From NCBI GenBank assembly GCA_012295275.1, contig CM022673.1:15686001-15750000 (forward strand): a DNA stretch of 64,000 nucleotides, written 5' to 3'. Under the pieces are notes generated by a model. It was not told the origin of the DNA. It saw only the letters and a program-made list of their open reading frames with translations, and ran no database searches. Of the stretch, positions 40,361-54,826 are shown one piece after another. The DNA is from Chrysomallon squamiferum. Lineage: Eukaryota; Animalia; Mollusca. The translations under genes were made by a program, and so were the position numbers. Every line of letters starts with the position of its first letter. The stretch's first letter is position 1.

Positions 40361-43300
40361 GCAACTGCTAGTACAAAAGAGTGGCATAAATTAACATAAC
40401 GAAAAATTAGAAAACATTAACGATTGCAAATTATCATAAATTATTACCAACCATCAAACAGAAGCTGTGTTCTTCCTTTGTATAGTGTTCTAAAAAACGA
40501 TTTTTCTTCTTCTTTTTCTTTTTCTTCTTTTTGTTCTTTTTGTTTTTTTTTTTTTTTTTTTTTGTTCAATATATCAAGAACACAAACAAATCTCAGGTGT
40601 TACTCGCAAGAGGAAATAGGTGTGTATTTTTTCTGTGTGTATCGACTTCATACACGGACAAAGATGTGGATGAAAAGAATAAAAGGATGGACTTAAGTGC
40701 GGTTTTATATTCTGTTGCCATAGAAACTGAATATAGTGTTGATGTTCGCCACACAGCTACTTGTTTCTGTGTTAAACAATATGGCTTGTTTCAAACCCAT
40801 GTGCTTGCTAGGCAAAAGGCCGTAGGATCGAAACCATCAGAAGAAATCATTCCGGTTTTACCCTCTGATAATATATTTTCAATTATTGTAGGGGAAAATA
40901 GAAAAGATTTCACTGTTTTATGAAATTTGCACAGTTCTTAATAATCTATCTGTTTCATATGTGTTACAGAATGAATTATGGTACAAACAGAAAGATAAAG
41001 CGACAAAAAAAACAACAAATTAAGGTTTTTTAAATTTTACTTATATATGTGTGTATGTGTGTGAGTGTGTGTTTGCATGTTTGTGTTTATGTTCTTGTTG
41101 GGTTCTTTTTTCTTTTCTTTTTTTTTTTCTTTTTTTGCTTCTTGTGTTAATTTGTTTTATTTCTGCTGCTTCTACATTCGTTTTACTTCTTTGAATAACA
41201 ACGTAATCTGTGAAATGATTTACCAGGATTCTGTTGCAAACGAATTTGAATGTAAAACCCATCTTTCTTTTTTGTGTTTTAAGAAGAAGAAAAAAAAATT
41301 AATAAAAAGCATTACCAAGCATTTTCTTCACAGAAGCAATCTTTTTTACTTCTACATAAAGACTTTCCTCTTCGGCCGGAAACTGGAAGAAAAGTTGCGG
41401 TTATCACTGACATATTTTCCTAAAAAAGACATTTAAAATAAGTGATACTTTGGGTGAACCAAAAGAAAGCAGAATAATGGGATTTCAGACATTTCTTTAG
41501 CGAAAAAGAAAATAACTTTTGTACCGTTAGCGACCAGCGCTACCTCATTTCAGTCCGTGTAATAGAATTTAGAAAAAAATAAAAGAAGGAAGAAAAAGAT
41601 CGTTTCAAAGGACTTTTCAAACTGTTGTAGAAGTAATTTCATTGGAAAGACAGGTGTCAGTAAAAAGATTTTTTTATTATTATTTATGTGGGTCAGATTT
41701 ATTTTCATACTGCGAGATGAACAAACAGGTAAGGGTTCTTGCGACTGTGTGTATAACCGGTCTAAATAGGTAGATAAGATTTACAGATAGGACAGACAGA
41801 CAGACGGACATAAAATAAGGCGTTGGGACGTCCCTGCTTTAGATGAGAATGTCTTCATTGGCTGGGTGAGAACTATTTGAAAGATTAAGTTTGTGTTTAA
41901 TCTGTCTGTACCGTTAGATAACAGTTTGCTTTCGTTCAAGTACGCTGGCTGGTTTATCTCGTTCGTTTGATCTGAAATAAATCGTTCTTAGGAATAATCA
42001 GAATAACAATGTTAAGTTTATTTTAGAACAAACAAAAATGGATTTAGACTGCAATAAAAACCACAAATGCATTCTAACGATATCAGAACGACATATTGTC
42101 TTCTTTCTTTTTTTTTTTTTTTTAAACTTTTCTTTCTTTCTTTTTCAAATGAACGCTGCTTTTCACTTTTGATCAAGTTTTAATTACGTATTTGTACAAT
42201 CATTGATCAAAAGCATGTACAGTCACTGGCGGTGAACGATTTCGGTTTTATTGTCAATACTCGGCTCCGTATGTAAATGGTTTCATGTAGATAAAAGCAG
42301 ACACAAAGGTAAATTTTCTAAACTGAAATGATTTAGTGCTGGTTGTACAGCTGAAGCACGTGACTCGAGGTGACCCTCTGGCGACAATAAAGTACACTTA
42401 CCGAAATTTTTGTAGTTTTGTTTATTTAAAATGTTCTTTGATGATTCAAGTCTCTATTTAATTGTTTCGGAATATGTTTGAGTGATTGTACAAGCAAGAT
42501 AAACAGACTGTAAATAACAAAGACATGGAGAAAAACAAAGCGAGAGTGATTTTATATATATCGACAGAGAGAGAGAGAGAGACAATAAAAGAGGAAGAAT
42601 GTGAGAGAGAAGGAGTGAGAGAAAATACGGGAAAGAGAGAAGGAAAAGAGGCTAAACACAGATATCAAAAAGACGAAAAGATCAGCTAAAGATAAAAAAA
42701 GTAAACAAAACAATTTAAAAAAAAATATATGTCCATTCGTCTGTTTGAATCAGTGATTTTTTTGGGGGGTTGCTGTTTCTTTTTCTTTCTTTTTTTCTAC
42801 ATCGAGTTCAACAAGCGAGTATACACATACAGAACTTCGGACGAAACAAATGACCTGTGTTCTCGGAAAACTACTCAAGCGATGAATCAAACTGACCGTT
42901 CACTTCGGCTCTAACGGTTTCTCCAGACGTCCTTTCTCGTGCTACGTTTGGCAAATTTCACCTTTCATTTGCACCTGGCCAGTGAATGCTAAAAACATAA
43001 GTGTAATGATTACTCCTCGTTGGTTTTCATGAAAGGGAAATAATTGCCGGCTAAACAGAAACCATCTGGAATAAGTTTAAGTAGACGGTGCTAATGTGGC
43101 TGTCTGAATCGTCTTCAACCTCTTGGGAGCACTTGGTACTGTCCGAAAATAAGAGGCTGTCCTTCTTTCACTTTTAAATCATTAACTTACTTTTCAACAG
43201 ATTCGCGCTATCACTTTTCCTAAATATTTTTATTTTTATTTTCTAACACTGACACATCTCTCAATGGATTGGTGCACGACAAAGCATGTCTTAACACTTG

Positions 43301-45649
43301 GCTGATGCAGTCATGCCAAATGTCACACATCCATAGTTTACTCATCAATCTGTTATATATCTCAATTTCAATCTGAACGGGATCTAACTGAATTGTTTGA
43401 GTGCTTCCTACTAAGATTAGCAGATGGTGTTGTGTCGCGCTCTGATAGCCTAGTAAACCTAAGGCCAACGGGTTAACCAGAGATGAGGTTTTGAAAAAGT
43501 CAAAACTAATGTGCAATAATTTCCAATATACGATTTATGCGGAAAGAACGAATAGTGTACATATATCTACTGTAACAATTTTACTATTATTTTAGTTGAA
43601 GAAACAATAATAATAACGTTAAAAAGCCACAGAAAGGAAAGATTTTGTAACATTACCCCATATTGATCATTTAAAACGTACACTGACATTTAACCGATAT
43701 TGATATCTAAAGATACAAAAAAAAAAAAATAGAAGAAGACAGAAAGAAAAGGAAAGAAAAAGAACAGTGTTATAATGGTAAACTCATACACAGGAAATAC
43801 GGAATATCGAACTTCGTACCCAGACAACCGTGCATGAAAATTAGCAACATGTAAGCACGAAAAATACATTAAACGAAGCAAGAAAACATCTGAAATAACA
43901 GCCCACTATACAAACACACATGATGATCGTACCCGGCAAATAACAGGTGCGGTTATTGAGGCCTAGAATTATGTTACAGAAAAAAGTTTATCACATGGAC
44001 TAGGGTTATAGGTTGAGAAGAAACCAGAGAGGCCGTATCCGATTACGCGCTAATACTTCTTCAATGAAAACTGCGTGGCATTTTTAATGAATGATATTTC
44101 AGCAGTTTACAAACGTGGCTGTGGTCATTTTGGTATCCCATTAATCCCCTGTGGTGTGTGTACGCGTTACAGCAATCCATGTAGTGAAAACATAAATCTG
44201 ACTGACACAATACAAGTTAATGAAATGATGTTTTTAGTACGTAAATGATAGCCTTGATTAGATAGTTGGGTTACCTTAAAGAATGTTGTCAGTGCTGTAA
44301 CCAAAAAAACTAATATGTCATCCTTTCTATGTGTATTCAGTATATATGTTTGAATAAATATATATCTAATCTATCTATCTGTCTATATTTATATATAAGT
44401 CAATATATATATTATACATACATACATACATACATATATATACACACATATCCATAAACATGCACATGTACATAATTGCGTTGATACATAATACGTAACA
44501 TATAAAACACAAACATATATATATATATATTTACATACATACATAAGTATTTTATTTTATTGTCTTTTCAACGAAATACATTTAATAAATACATCGAATA
44601 TTTTTAAAACTTGAAACAATAATAAACACCTTCCTGCCGATTTAAAAGAAAATATTAATAAATATGGCGGCGGTTTTGCGAACTAAGGCAGTTATCTAGC
44701 CTAGATTCGATGTCGAGCAAGACCTAGTTATAAACTTTTACATGGATTATTAAAACACGAAAACCTGCAGGCTTTACGCGATATCATTTTCATTTTCACA
44801 CTCATGAAATCTCATACAAAAAAAGAAAAGAAAAAATGAAATCTCTGCATATTGCAAATACTCGATGAATATATCATTATTCGTCTGACCTACATAATCA
44901 CCAAACCGTGACGCCGTTTGGGTTTTTTTTACTTCCCTAGTGATAATAATTTTTATTTTTGTCGTAACATTTTAACAACTGCACAGGGTTAGCTGTCAGG
45001 CGTAATTTTTAAATCTTATCTTTTTTTAATTTTCAATTTTTTAAATTAAGTATACCGTTTGGATTCAATGGAATGTTTATGGCGTGTGTTTAAAAAGAAA
45101 TATTTTAATATATGATAATAGGGTAACCGAATATTAATTTTAATAACCTATCTCGACCAGTGACTGGTGGGTAATACGAAAATAAACACTTTCGATTGCT
45201 CGCCTTTTTCCTCTACCCAAAGTCAATAAATTACTGAATTTAGTTTACCCGTTTGGTGTTTGAAGATACTGTGTACCCTGAAACAGATAAAATAATGTTA
45301 CTGTGCATGCATGGTCGAAGAAGCTGTATTAATTTAAACAGATGGCTATTACATCATTATAACGTTCAAAGTCTGTTAGATCGCCTGTCGCTTTTTGTGA
45401 GGGTATAACAATGTATGTCATCATTTAAAGGTATACAATTTCACTGCGGTTTCTTCTTCTTAGTTTTTTTCTTTCTTTTTTTTCTTCTTCCTTTTAGTAA
45501 TGAACCATGAAAAGTGTTATAAAATCTCCTACTTTTTTTTAATGCAATCCATCTTATTGGGTGTAATGAATTTTGTAACAAAAATATCTCGCGATTCATG
45601 AAAGAAAGTTAAATGACGTAAATGAAAATGTTGGTACTAAGAGTTCATT

Positions 45650-45651
<2 letters not shown>

Positions 45652-45710
<59 letters not shown>

Positions 45711-45777
45711 TTGTATGCATTATTTAGTAGTAACGATATATAAAACATAGCTATGTATATGTTTGTATGTATATTTA

Positions 45778-45813
<36 letters not shown>

Positions 45814-45933
45814 TAAATATGCACATAGAATGAGAGAGATGTATGAATGAAATCCAATCAACTTTATCTTCAGAGTAACGATTCAAATCGCTTACGTAAA
45901 TCGATCTCCACAAATGTGTTAAAATATACTGAA

Positions 45934-46020
<87 letters not shown>

Positions 46021-46045
46021 CTCTCTAACTCTAACTCTAACTCAT
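45652..46045. repeat. (TG)n tracts and (TC)n-(TATC)n microsatellite
   Basis: Visible tandem tracts at ~45652-45707, ~45782-45810, ~45935-46022. Confidence 0.93.
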
Positions 46046-47040
46046 ACACAAACAAAGACACACACTAACAAATTCACAAAAAATGCATTTTACTACTTAA
46101 ACTACACTTTCTTTTTACCATGTGCAACATCTATCATATAAGTCACCAAGTAACCCCCTCTATAAAAATAAGTAATTCGCTCCTCCAGAACTATATAATA
46201 AAAGCCAGTTTGCTCTCTACGGGGTAGTTTTGATATCCCGTATTTTGCATTTAACGTTACAGTGATAAATATCCGTGCGCGGTTTTTCCATAAGCCTTCT
46301 CAGCTTGCCATGTGTTGGTTCTATCAGAGACTCGGTGGGCGGGACTTCCGGGTTATCATACTTTAAAGAAAGAACCCGTTACGAGAGCTATGTTTATATT
46401 TTATTTAATGACGAAGTACAGTTTGTCAATCAACAAGTGGAAGAAAGTACTGTGAGATTTAGGGGGGTGTACCGTTACATTTTTTAAAAATTATTATTAG
46501 TAGTAGTAGTAGTATTATTATTATTACCTTTTTACTTTTATTTATTTATTTATTTTGTTATTATTATTTTTTTTTTATTGATATATTTATACTATTGTTG
46601 TTTTGTTGTTGATGATATAAAAATATTATCTTTTTCACATCACCATATTTCTATAAATGATAATCCTTATCAAACTAATTATCGATAGATCAACGGAAAA
46701 CTAATATTACATATTAAATATCTTCTAAAGATTACTGCAGCAATGACATTTCATATCAGTTTATAGCTTTTTAAATTATTACTTTTGTAATGACACCTGT
46801 AATGTTTTGTGATTTTTGAAAGGGTTTTCAACTTCCCTCTATTCTCATCATTGATCTGCCCTTGGAAAACTCTTTTACAGGTTACTAGGATGAATAAAGA
46901 TATGATGGGGTGACTGGGTTTATATACTTTTATTAATTTCCGTTTATTTCCAAACAGCAAGAACTTGAAAACGTTAACTTGAAAACGTTAGAACAGTTTG
47001 GTTATAAGAGTAAACCATACATACATACGGACGTACACAC

Positions 47041-47221
47041 ACATTGTTTAGACTTCATTCAAGATTATCTTGGAGTGCGTGAGGTCGTGATTGTACTTTG
47101 TCCTTCGCCGGTGCGTTCCCGAATATTGTCTATGTGCAGAGCCTAATCAGACAATATTGAAATCCTAAAATACAGACATGTGCATACACACGTACAGACA
47201 TACATTGTTTAGACATCATTC
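47041..47221 (+). mobile_element. Short insertion flanked by 20-bp direct repeats (possible retroposed fragment with TSD)
   Basis: acattgtttagacttcattc (47041-47060) and acattgtttagacatcattc (47202-47221); internal segment ends in TACA/GACA-like simple sequence. Confidence 0.45.
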
Positions 47222-47715
47222 TTTCTTTTCTTTTCTCTCTTTATATATATATATATTTTTTTATTTTTTTTTTGGTTTCCTCTTTTTTATTTAACATTTG
47301 TTTTTCTTTATTCCTTCACTCTTTCTTACGTTTCCTCATTCATATTTACTTTTACCTTCTCCTTTCTTCTGCTTGTCTTTCTCTATTTCTTTTCTTCTTA
47401 TTTTTTCCGTTTTTCTTTCTTTCTTTTTTTTTTTTTTTCTCTTTTTTCTTTCGTTTTACTTTTTATTTCTATTTCTTCTTTTTTTTGTTCGCATTAGATG
47501 AAATTCAGTATTAAAGTCACTTATCACCTGAAAATTTATGACTATTAAAAACAACGATAAACAAACTAAAAATAACTTCAAAGACGCGTAATATATTTAT
47601 TTTGAAACTGAACGCTTTACCCTTTAGTTGTACAAAAATAGTTATCATTATCTTGTTTCTCTAATTATAACTCGAATAAATTTAAATCATTTTCTATGAT
47701 ATAACTCGAAGGCAG

Positions 47716-47747
<32 letters not shown>

Positions 47748-48115
47748 AAAGAAAAAATAGGAAGAAACATGATAATTAAAAAGGGGAAAGAATGACGAAT
47801 GAAGTTAATAAAATGACATAAAAAGAAGAAAAATGACTGAAAGAGAACTATAAAAATAGATAAAGGTTTATTACACACATATATATCATGTTTTGTTTTT
47901 AAATCTAACATGAATATCAAATGAATTTGATAAAATCTAAAAGTTTTGTGCGGTCTAAAACTTGCGCAATGTTTCTTTGTTGCTAACATTCCATATCGAG
48001 ATGTTTAAGCAGTATATAAATCAGTTAGAGGGAGAACGTGCGTAAGCTAAGAAGAACGAAGCAAAATAAGGGTCAGAGAGAGAAGGTGGGACAAAGAGAA
48101 AGTGTGCCTGCTCTT

Positions 48116-48173
48116 TGTGTGTGTGTGTGTGTGAGTGTGTGTGTGTGTGTGAGAGAGTGTGTGTGTGTGTGTG

Positions 48174-48241
<68 letters not shown>

Positions 48242-48270
48242 AGTGTGTGTGTGTGTGTGTGAGTGTGTGT

Positions 48271-48309
<39 letters not shown>

Positions 48310-48409
48310 TGTGTGTGTGAGAGTGTGTGTGTGGAAAAGAGAGAGAGGGAATTAAAGAAGCTTTTAGAAGAAAAGGAAAAGAGACATAAAGATTTTTTTG
48401 GGAGGGATT

Positions 48410-48492
<83 letters not shown>
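48116..48492. repeat. Interrupted (TG)n/(GA) tract and ~80-nt poly-T
   Basis: Visible tracts at 48116-48332 and 48410-48492. Confidence 0.96.
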
Positions 48493-48494
<2 letters not shown>

Positions 48495-48924
48495 AAACAA
48501 CAGGTGATATTTCAGCTGCTCTAACATTTTACTTAATTTTTAATTTTTAAATTCATAAAGCAACATCTGATTTTAAAATTTTATTTAAAAACTATATATA
48601 CATAAAAAAAAATTAAGCTAATTTTCCTTCCCATTTCATGTGAGCCTGCTTCTTTATGTCACTTCTGTTTTTGAGATTCCGAGTCGACTGCAAACAGCCT
48701 TTTTAAAGTGAACGCTGCAATGAAAAATCATCACGAGAAAAAGAGCCGAAACGAATGTTTATTTAAAATATGAGCATCTTGTACAAGCAGCTGTTTGCTA
48801 ATTTGTTTGCTAATGTGTCAGTCACGTAATTTATCACAGAGTTAATTTTCAAAAATAAATAAACAAAGATATGCTTTCTGCAATCCCTGGATTACTATTA
48901 CAATAATAATGATATTAATAATAA

Positions 48925-48965
<41 letters not shown>

Positions 48966-49682
48966 GGAAATAAAATAAAAGAAAAGAAAAGAAAAGAAAA
49001 TCACAATTTACACGATAATATTAATGAGGCTGTTATAAATATAAAAACAGTGAAGTTTCACTAGATATTTATACCTATAATGACTAATTATTAATGGATG
49101 ATTCCGAATCATTTTTTGTTGTCATTTGTTTCAGGGTTTTTTTTTGGGTTTTTTTTTTATATGTGTTGTTTTTGTTGTTATTCTTAGGTTTTTCTGGTTG
49201 TTTGTTTTGTTTAGGGTTTTTTTAGTTTATTTTTTGTTGTTTTTTTTCCTTTCTGCCACTGTTTCAGTGTTTAATTTCTGCTGTTTTCTTTTTTACTTTT
49301 CTATTTCGTTTTCTTTGTTCGTTTTTCTTTTTTCTTCTCTTATTTCGCTCCGCCTCTCTGTTTCAAGTCACTTTTTACATCCGCTCAACACAGCTCCTCA
49401 TTTTCTTTAAAGTCCACGAATCTTTGTACGCGTCTGTGTACTTAAAATGTACTAAGCAGTAAACGGCGAGGCGTATCGTCTGATCTTTGTACTGCTTCAC
49501 ACGTGCACGCCAACGCGCAGATGCATGAAGATAAGATTCCTAACTCTGTGAGTTTGATAGATCGCTTCTCTGTAACGACATTGTACAAGACGGAGGAGAA
49601 AGTGAATTAAAGAGCAGTTCAACATTTCAACCATTTTTCTAACACTGTTTATGGAATGTTTATTTGTTTTTGATGTAGCTGT

Positions 49683-49733
<51 letters not shown>

Positions 49734-50454
49734 TAAATAAATAAAATTATCTTAATCGTTGCATCTTTTAGTCTACATTTTTGTTAATTTTGGAGGATTG
49801 TTTTTTTCTTCTTTTTTTTTATTGTTTATCTTTTTCTTTTTGCCTGTTATTTTATTTTTATTTTTTTTTCCTTTCTTTTTTCAAACAATCAAAATACTGA
49901 ATCATTTTACTGTTTACATTTTAACTGACAATAATATTACCCACTAACATTAATTTAAAAAAAAAGAAAAAAGAAAACTCTTCCCATACAAATTAACACC
50001 TGTTACCGCAAACATCGCCCAAAGCAGGTGGGCCCGTCGTCACAGTGCTTGACCCACTGCAGACGTAGCAGCACGTGCCGCGCGCCAACCAGACGACACC
50101 TCTCATTTCTGTGGCGATGACCTTGCAGTGACCTTGTTCTCGTAACAGTGCAGGAGGTTATGCGAAGCCAAACATCAAAGGAAAACTGCACTTTCCTTAT
50201 TTGTTCACTTAGCCTCTAGCTAAATACTGAACGTCTTTCAGGTTAATTAAGCTTGTCTTCTTTGATTTATGTTAATTGACCTGTTACATATTCACTAGTT
50301 TCTGCTTGTTATCGGAATGATCTAAATTAATATTTTGTTTGATGTGACCATCAGTGTTGCATTTTAGAAAGAACAAAAAATGTTCGTACCTTTCTTTTTT
50401 CCCTTCTACTCTTACATACAAACTCGTAATAATGTGTATACAAACACATACATA

Positions 50455-50505
<51 letters not shown>

Positions 50506-50691
50506 CATGATTTCTTTTATGATAAGAAGAAAAGAAGACTTCAATCAAATATTTGTATTTTAATATGCTTTTATCTTATGTATTAAACCATAAAAAAATA
50601 TGTTTAAGAAAAAGTGAGAAAAAAAAGATCCCAAATTACTAAATGTAAACAGATGATAGAAAAGAAAACAAATAAAATTCTTTGGTGGTAA

Positions 50692-50741
<50 letters not shown>

Positions 50742-50888
50742 GACACCACAAAAAAAAAAAAAAAAAAAGAAAGACTGATCTGACTTAAGCAAAAGAGAAT
50801 GGGAAAAAAACGAGGAAAGAAAAGTAAATTAAAAAAAAAAAAAAAAAAAATGTCATGAAGGAAAAGATTAAAAAAGCAAGAAAAAAGC

Positions 50889-50925
<37 letters not shown>

Positions 50926-51518
50926 CAGAACGAACAACCAGAAAGACAACAACTAACCAGATAAATAAATACATATATACACACCTCTAACACAACCATG
51001 CACGCACATACATGTAAAATACACATACACATAATAATTTATTCCTAAAAACATTCAGCAAAATGAAATCCATTCAAATAATAAATATATTATTTTAATT
51101 TTATTTTTTCTAATTTGAACCTTATATAATTTTTTCTTTTTTTTTCTTTTCTTTTCTTTTTTCTTAACGATGTCTTAAAACGTTCCATAAGCGTAATTTT
51201 TCAAAATATTTACCATTAATTAAATTATTTTCACTTCCATTACTAAAATGACATCATCCTGTACTTTTTCCAAAAAATAAAAAATAAAAATCTTTTTTCT
51301 TCTTTTTTTCTTTCTTTCTTTCTTTTTTAATTTTTAATTTAATTTTTTTTTCTAAAATATACCATAAACCTAATACTTTAAAATATTTAAAACGGTTGGG
51401 GTTAACAGTAATTGCATTACTTTCCACTTTCCAGCTAACATAGCGTTGTTCTGGCTGGTTTCGTACAAGAATGTATTTCCGTTTTGTTTTCGGTTGTTGG
51501 TTTTTTTTTTTTGCATAC

Positions 51519-51604
51519 TTATAACTAAATGTATTCAAACTGTCAGCTGACACAGCCAAAATTATGTGAAGCAGGAGGAACGATTCGGCCATGTTATATT
51601 TCAA
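51519..51604 (-). other. Candidate first coding exon encoding a signal-peptide-like N-terminus
   Basis: Minus strand: cctttgtttttttcag| acceptor, AACATGG start context (ATG at 51592), MAESFLLLHIILAVSADSLNTFSY, donor |gtatgc. Confidence 0.3.
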
Positions 51605-51810
51605 CTGAAAAAAACAAAGGATACGGGTTGCTGATTTGATGACTATCTGATTGGCTGGCATGCAGATCTGCTTATAAAAGTTACTGCTGTTGCTGTTGTT
51701 GTTGTTGTTGTTGTTGTTGTTTAAAGTGAAGCACACTTATACAGTATAGCTTGTACACTACACCCAACTCCTTCCATTATTTTTACTGATATATTTTGTT
51801 GATTTCAATT

Positions 51811-51866
51811 TTCACCCCTAGCCGATACCGTTTCGTGATAGGGTGTCGTTAAACATTCATTAATTT
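51811..51866 (+). mobile_element. 3' terminal fragment of a SINE
   Basis: tagccgat...tttcgtgatagggtgtcgttaaacattcatt resembles (from memory) mollusc SINE 3' ends with a (CATT)n tail. Confidence 0.45.
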
Positions 51867-52880
51867 ATAATTAAATTCCGTTCGTCTTGAAATGTATACT
51901 CACTACAATGACTGTACCACCTTTTCACTCAAATGCAAACCATCCACTCCATCATTTGTGCTTAAAACTATGTACATCCCTGGAAATTTGTTTTTATTAA
52001 ATTCACCCGTGAATAAAAAGTTATTAAGTTCACTCTTGAAAAAGAATTATCATTACAGTTATTATTAGCTGTGTAAAGAGGCCGTGTCTTGGTACACGAT
52101 ATCACCAATTTTTTTTTTCTGTGTTAGCTAATACTCGTGGGTGAACAAGTATGTTGACGATTATGGAATTGTAGCTTAAGTCGATATTATTCACAACCCT
52201 CATAAATCAGGAGATATTTCCATATCACGCTCATCATTTTCTTCCCTTACCACCAATTTAGAGGATCAGTGAAGAAAAAATTTCAATGGCTACTTAAGAA
52301 GAAAAAAATTAGCTTAGTCCGAGACCACGTTGGGTTCAGAATTCTACGGTTCTGACTGGCTGACCACAGATATTGCCGCCATTGTGAATGTTGTGCGCAT
52401 TGATGCATATATAATACACTATGTATTTCAGAGTCTGTATATAATTGCAATAGCTGTTTCTTCCTCCGTGAAATTATGCCGTAATGAGGCATTCGTGTTG
52501 ATTCTAAAATATCTTTTAATAGCGGCTTGTGAAAGAAAAAAGATGACAGTCACAAAAGTTATAGGATTGTTAGTTTTCTCAAAGTCGTAATCGAATAGTG
52601 GTTATATGATTTGGTTGTAATATTTTTGGAATTTTACTTTAGAAGATGTGAATTTTTTAACAGATGAATGAGAGCGTGTAATAAGTAAATGAAATACTTG
52701 TGTTGTTAGCCATTCTGATTACCCTTCTACCCGTATCATGTTATTTATAATTTTATAGTTCAGTTAACATCCCTGTATATCTGTCTACGTTTTTTCTTCT
52801 TCTTAGTTTATTTCCCTCTTTCTCTTTCTCCATTTATCTCTCTGTCGATCTCTGTTCCTTTTCTATCTTACTGAAGCTTT

Positions 52881-53180
<300 letters not shown>

Positions 53181-54655
53181 TTGTAATTTGTACTCCTTTT
53201 CTCTTTCTTTTTCTCGTCTGACTTACAAAAAAGTATTTTCACTGAAGGAGACATAAACAAAATTACCATTTTATGTGTACGGTTTTAGCACTCCATCTCT
53301 TTAAAACTGACAACTAGAATGATTTTTAACAACAGTGCGGCTGTTTGAAAACAGTTGGAGGAATTTACAACTTTATAACAATGTTTTATCTCTGCACATA
53401 CATTTTTTTCTTTGAGAATCTTCTGGTAACATTTGCTCCATTTATTCGGTAAATGCAGACCATTGTTTGTTAGGCTAGAAGGAACTGTCTACAAGACCTG
53501 TATTTTAACAACAACGGAAAACATTTAACAACTCATATATATGATAAGACTGTAACCAGTAGTATAATTCTGAATTTAATTTTTATAAAAACGCAATTAC
53601 GCAGATATACAGATATGAGTACATATACAAATGTATACCACATTTGCACACATATATTATAGACACACATACACACACATGCATTACATATTCGCAAGCA
53701 TGCACACATACGCACAAACTATCTCTGCATTCCTGGAATCATTTGAAGTCAGAACGTCACCGCGCAGTTAAACATCTTCAACTTTATCCGAGAATAATTA
53801 AATGTGTTTAATAAATCTCAATGAACTCTGGCTAACAGGCAGTATACAAACAGGAATTAGCCTCGTTATCAGATATTAAACTTAGAATGGAATCGTAAAA
53901 CGAGATTAGATGCCAGAATTCCTCCACCAACGACCACTTAAACGCGTCCAAGGCCAGCGTCTCATACAACTGCGAGACGGAATTAAATTAATCCGCTAAG
54001 CTCTTTTATTCGGTAGCCCTCTCCGGCCAAGTCCAGTGCGTAAATTGTAAATACAGTTCTATACGTCAAAACTGACAATAAACAAAAGTGAAATGATGAC
54101 AGAGGTTTTGAAAACGTGATTGTAAATAAAAATAAATAGGGAAAAGAGCGTAGAAGACGGATAATAACGACAAATAAACAAGGATATGAAGCTAGTGAAA
54201 GTCAAGTTTTACTTGTGTGTCAGTCTGACATCGTTATTCCCTCCAGGTCACTCGTAATTCCCGTTCGCGGGTCTTGGCGGTTAATTACGCGACCGCTACT
54301 TTTTCTGATCCTACGACTGGGATCGGGGCGTGTGATACGCTTATTGCGTTGTATTGGGTCATGTCTGTAGATAATCGACCAAGTACCATGTTGTTAAATA
54401 GCATTATGGGAACGAACATCATTCTCTGATAAACTGTTATTTCATCTGACATTTGCTCAAGTTAAATTTCTTATCTGAGAATTTAGTTAGATGGGGCGTC
54501 TCCCAGTGAAGCAACGTAATAAGGTTGATTTAATTTAATATTCATAACTATAAACAAAAATACGAAATAATTAGAAAGACATGTTTAAAAAGAAAAACTG
54601 TCATAGTAATACGTTTGTGGAATAACTGAAAACAACTTTCAAAAACTCGTTCTTT

Positions 54656-54692
<37 letters not shown>

Positions 54693-54794
54693 TGTGGTTG
54701 TGTGTGGCTTATTTAGGTTAATTACTTTCCTATGATACCTATCAATCATTTTCACCTTTCAGAAAATTTTATAGCTTCATAAGTTTCACTTTCC

Positions 54795-54826
<32 letters not shown>

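Noticed and set aside
40531-40923. 130-aa plus-strand ORF
   Set aside because: Begins in a poly-T tract with a non-ATG start; no clear exon boundaries or homology
48410-48492. ~80-nt poly-T as a retrogene or LINE tail
   Set aside because: No adjacent ORF remnant or target-site duplication seen; homopolymers are common throughout the window
52330-52590. 86-aa hydrophobic ORF resembling a membrane protein
   Set aside because: Non-ATG start; hydrophobicity is expected from AT-rich codons; no motif or donor site
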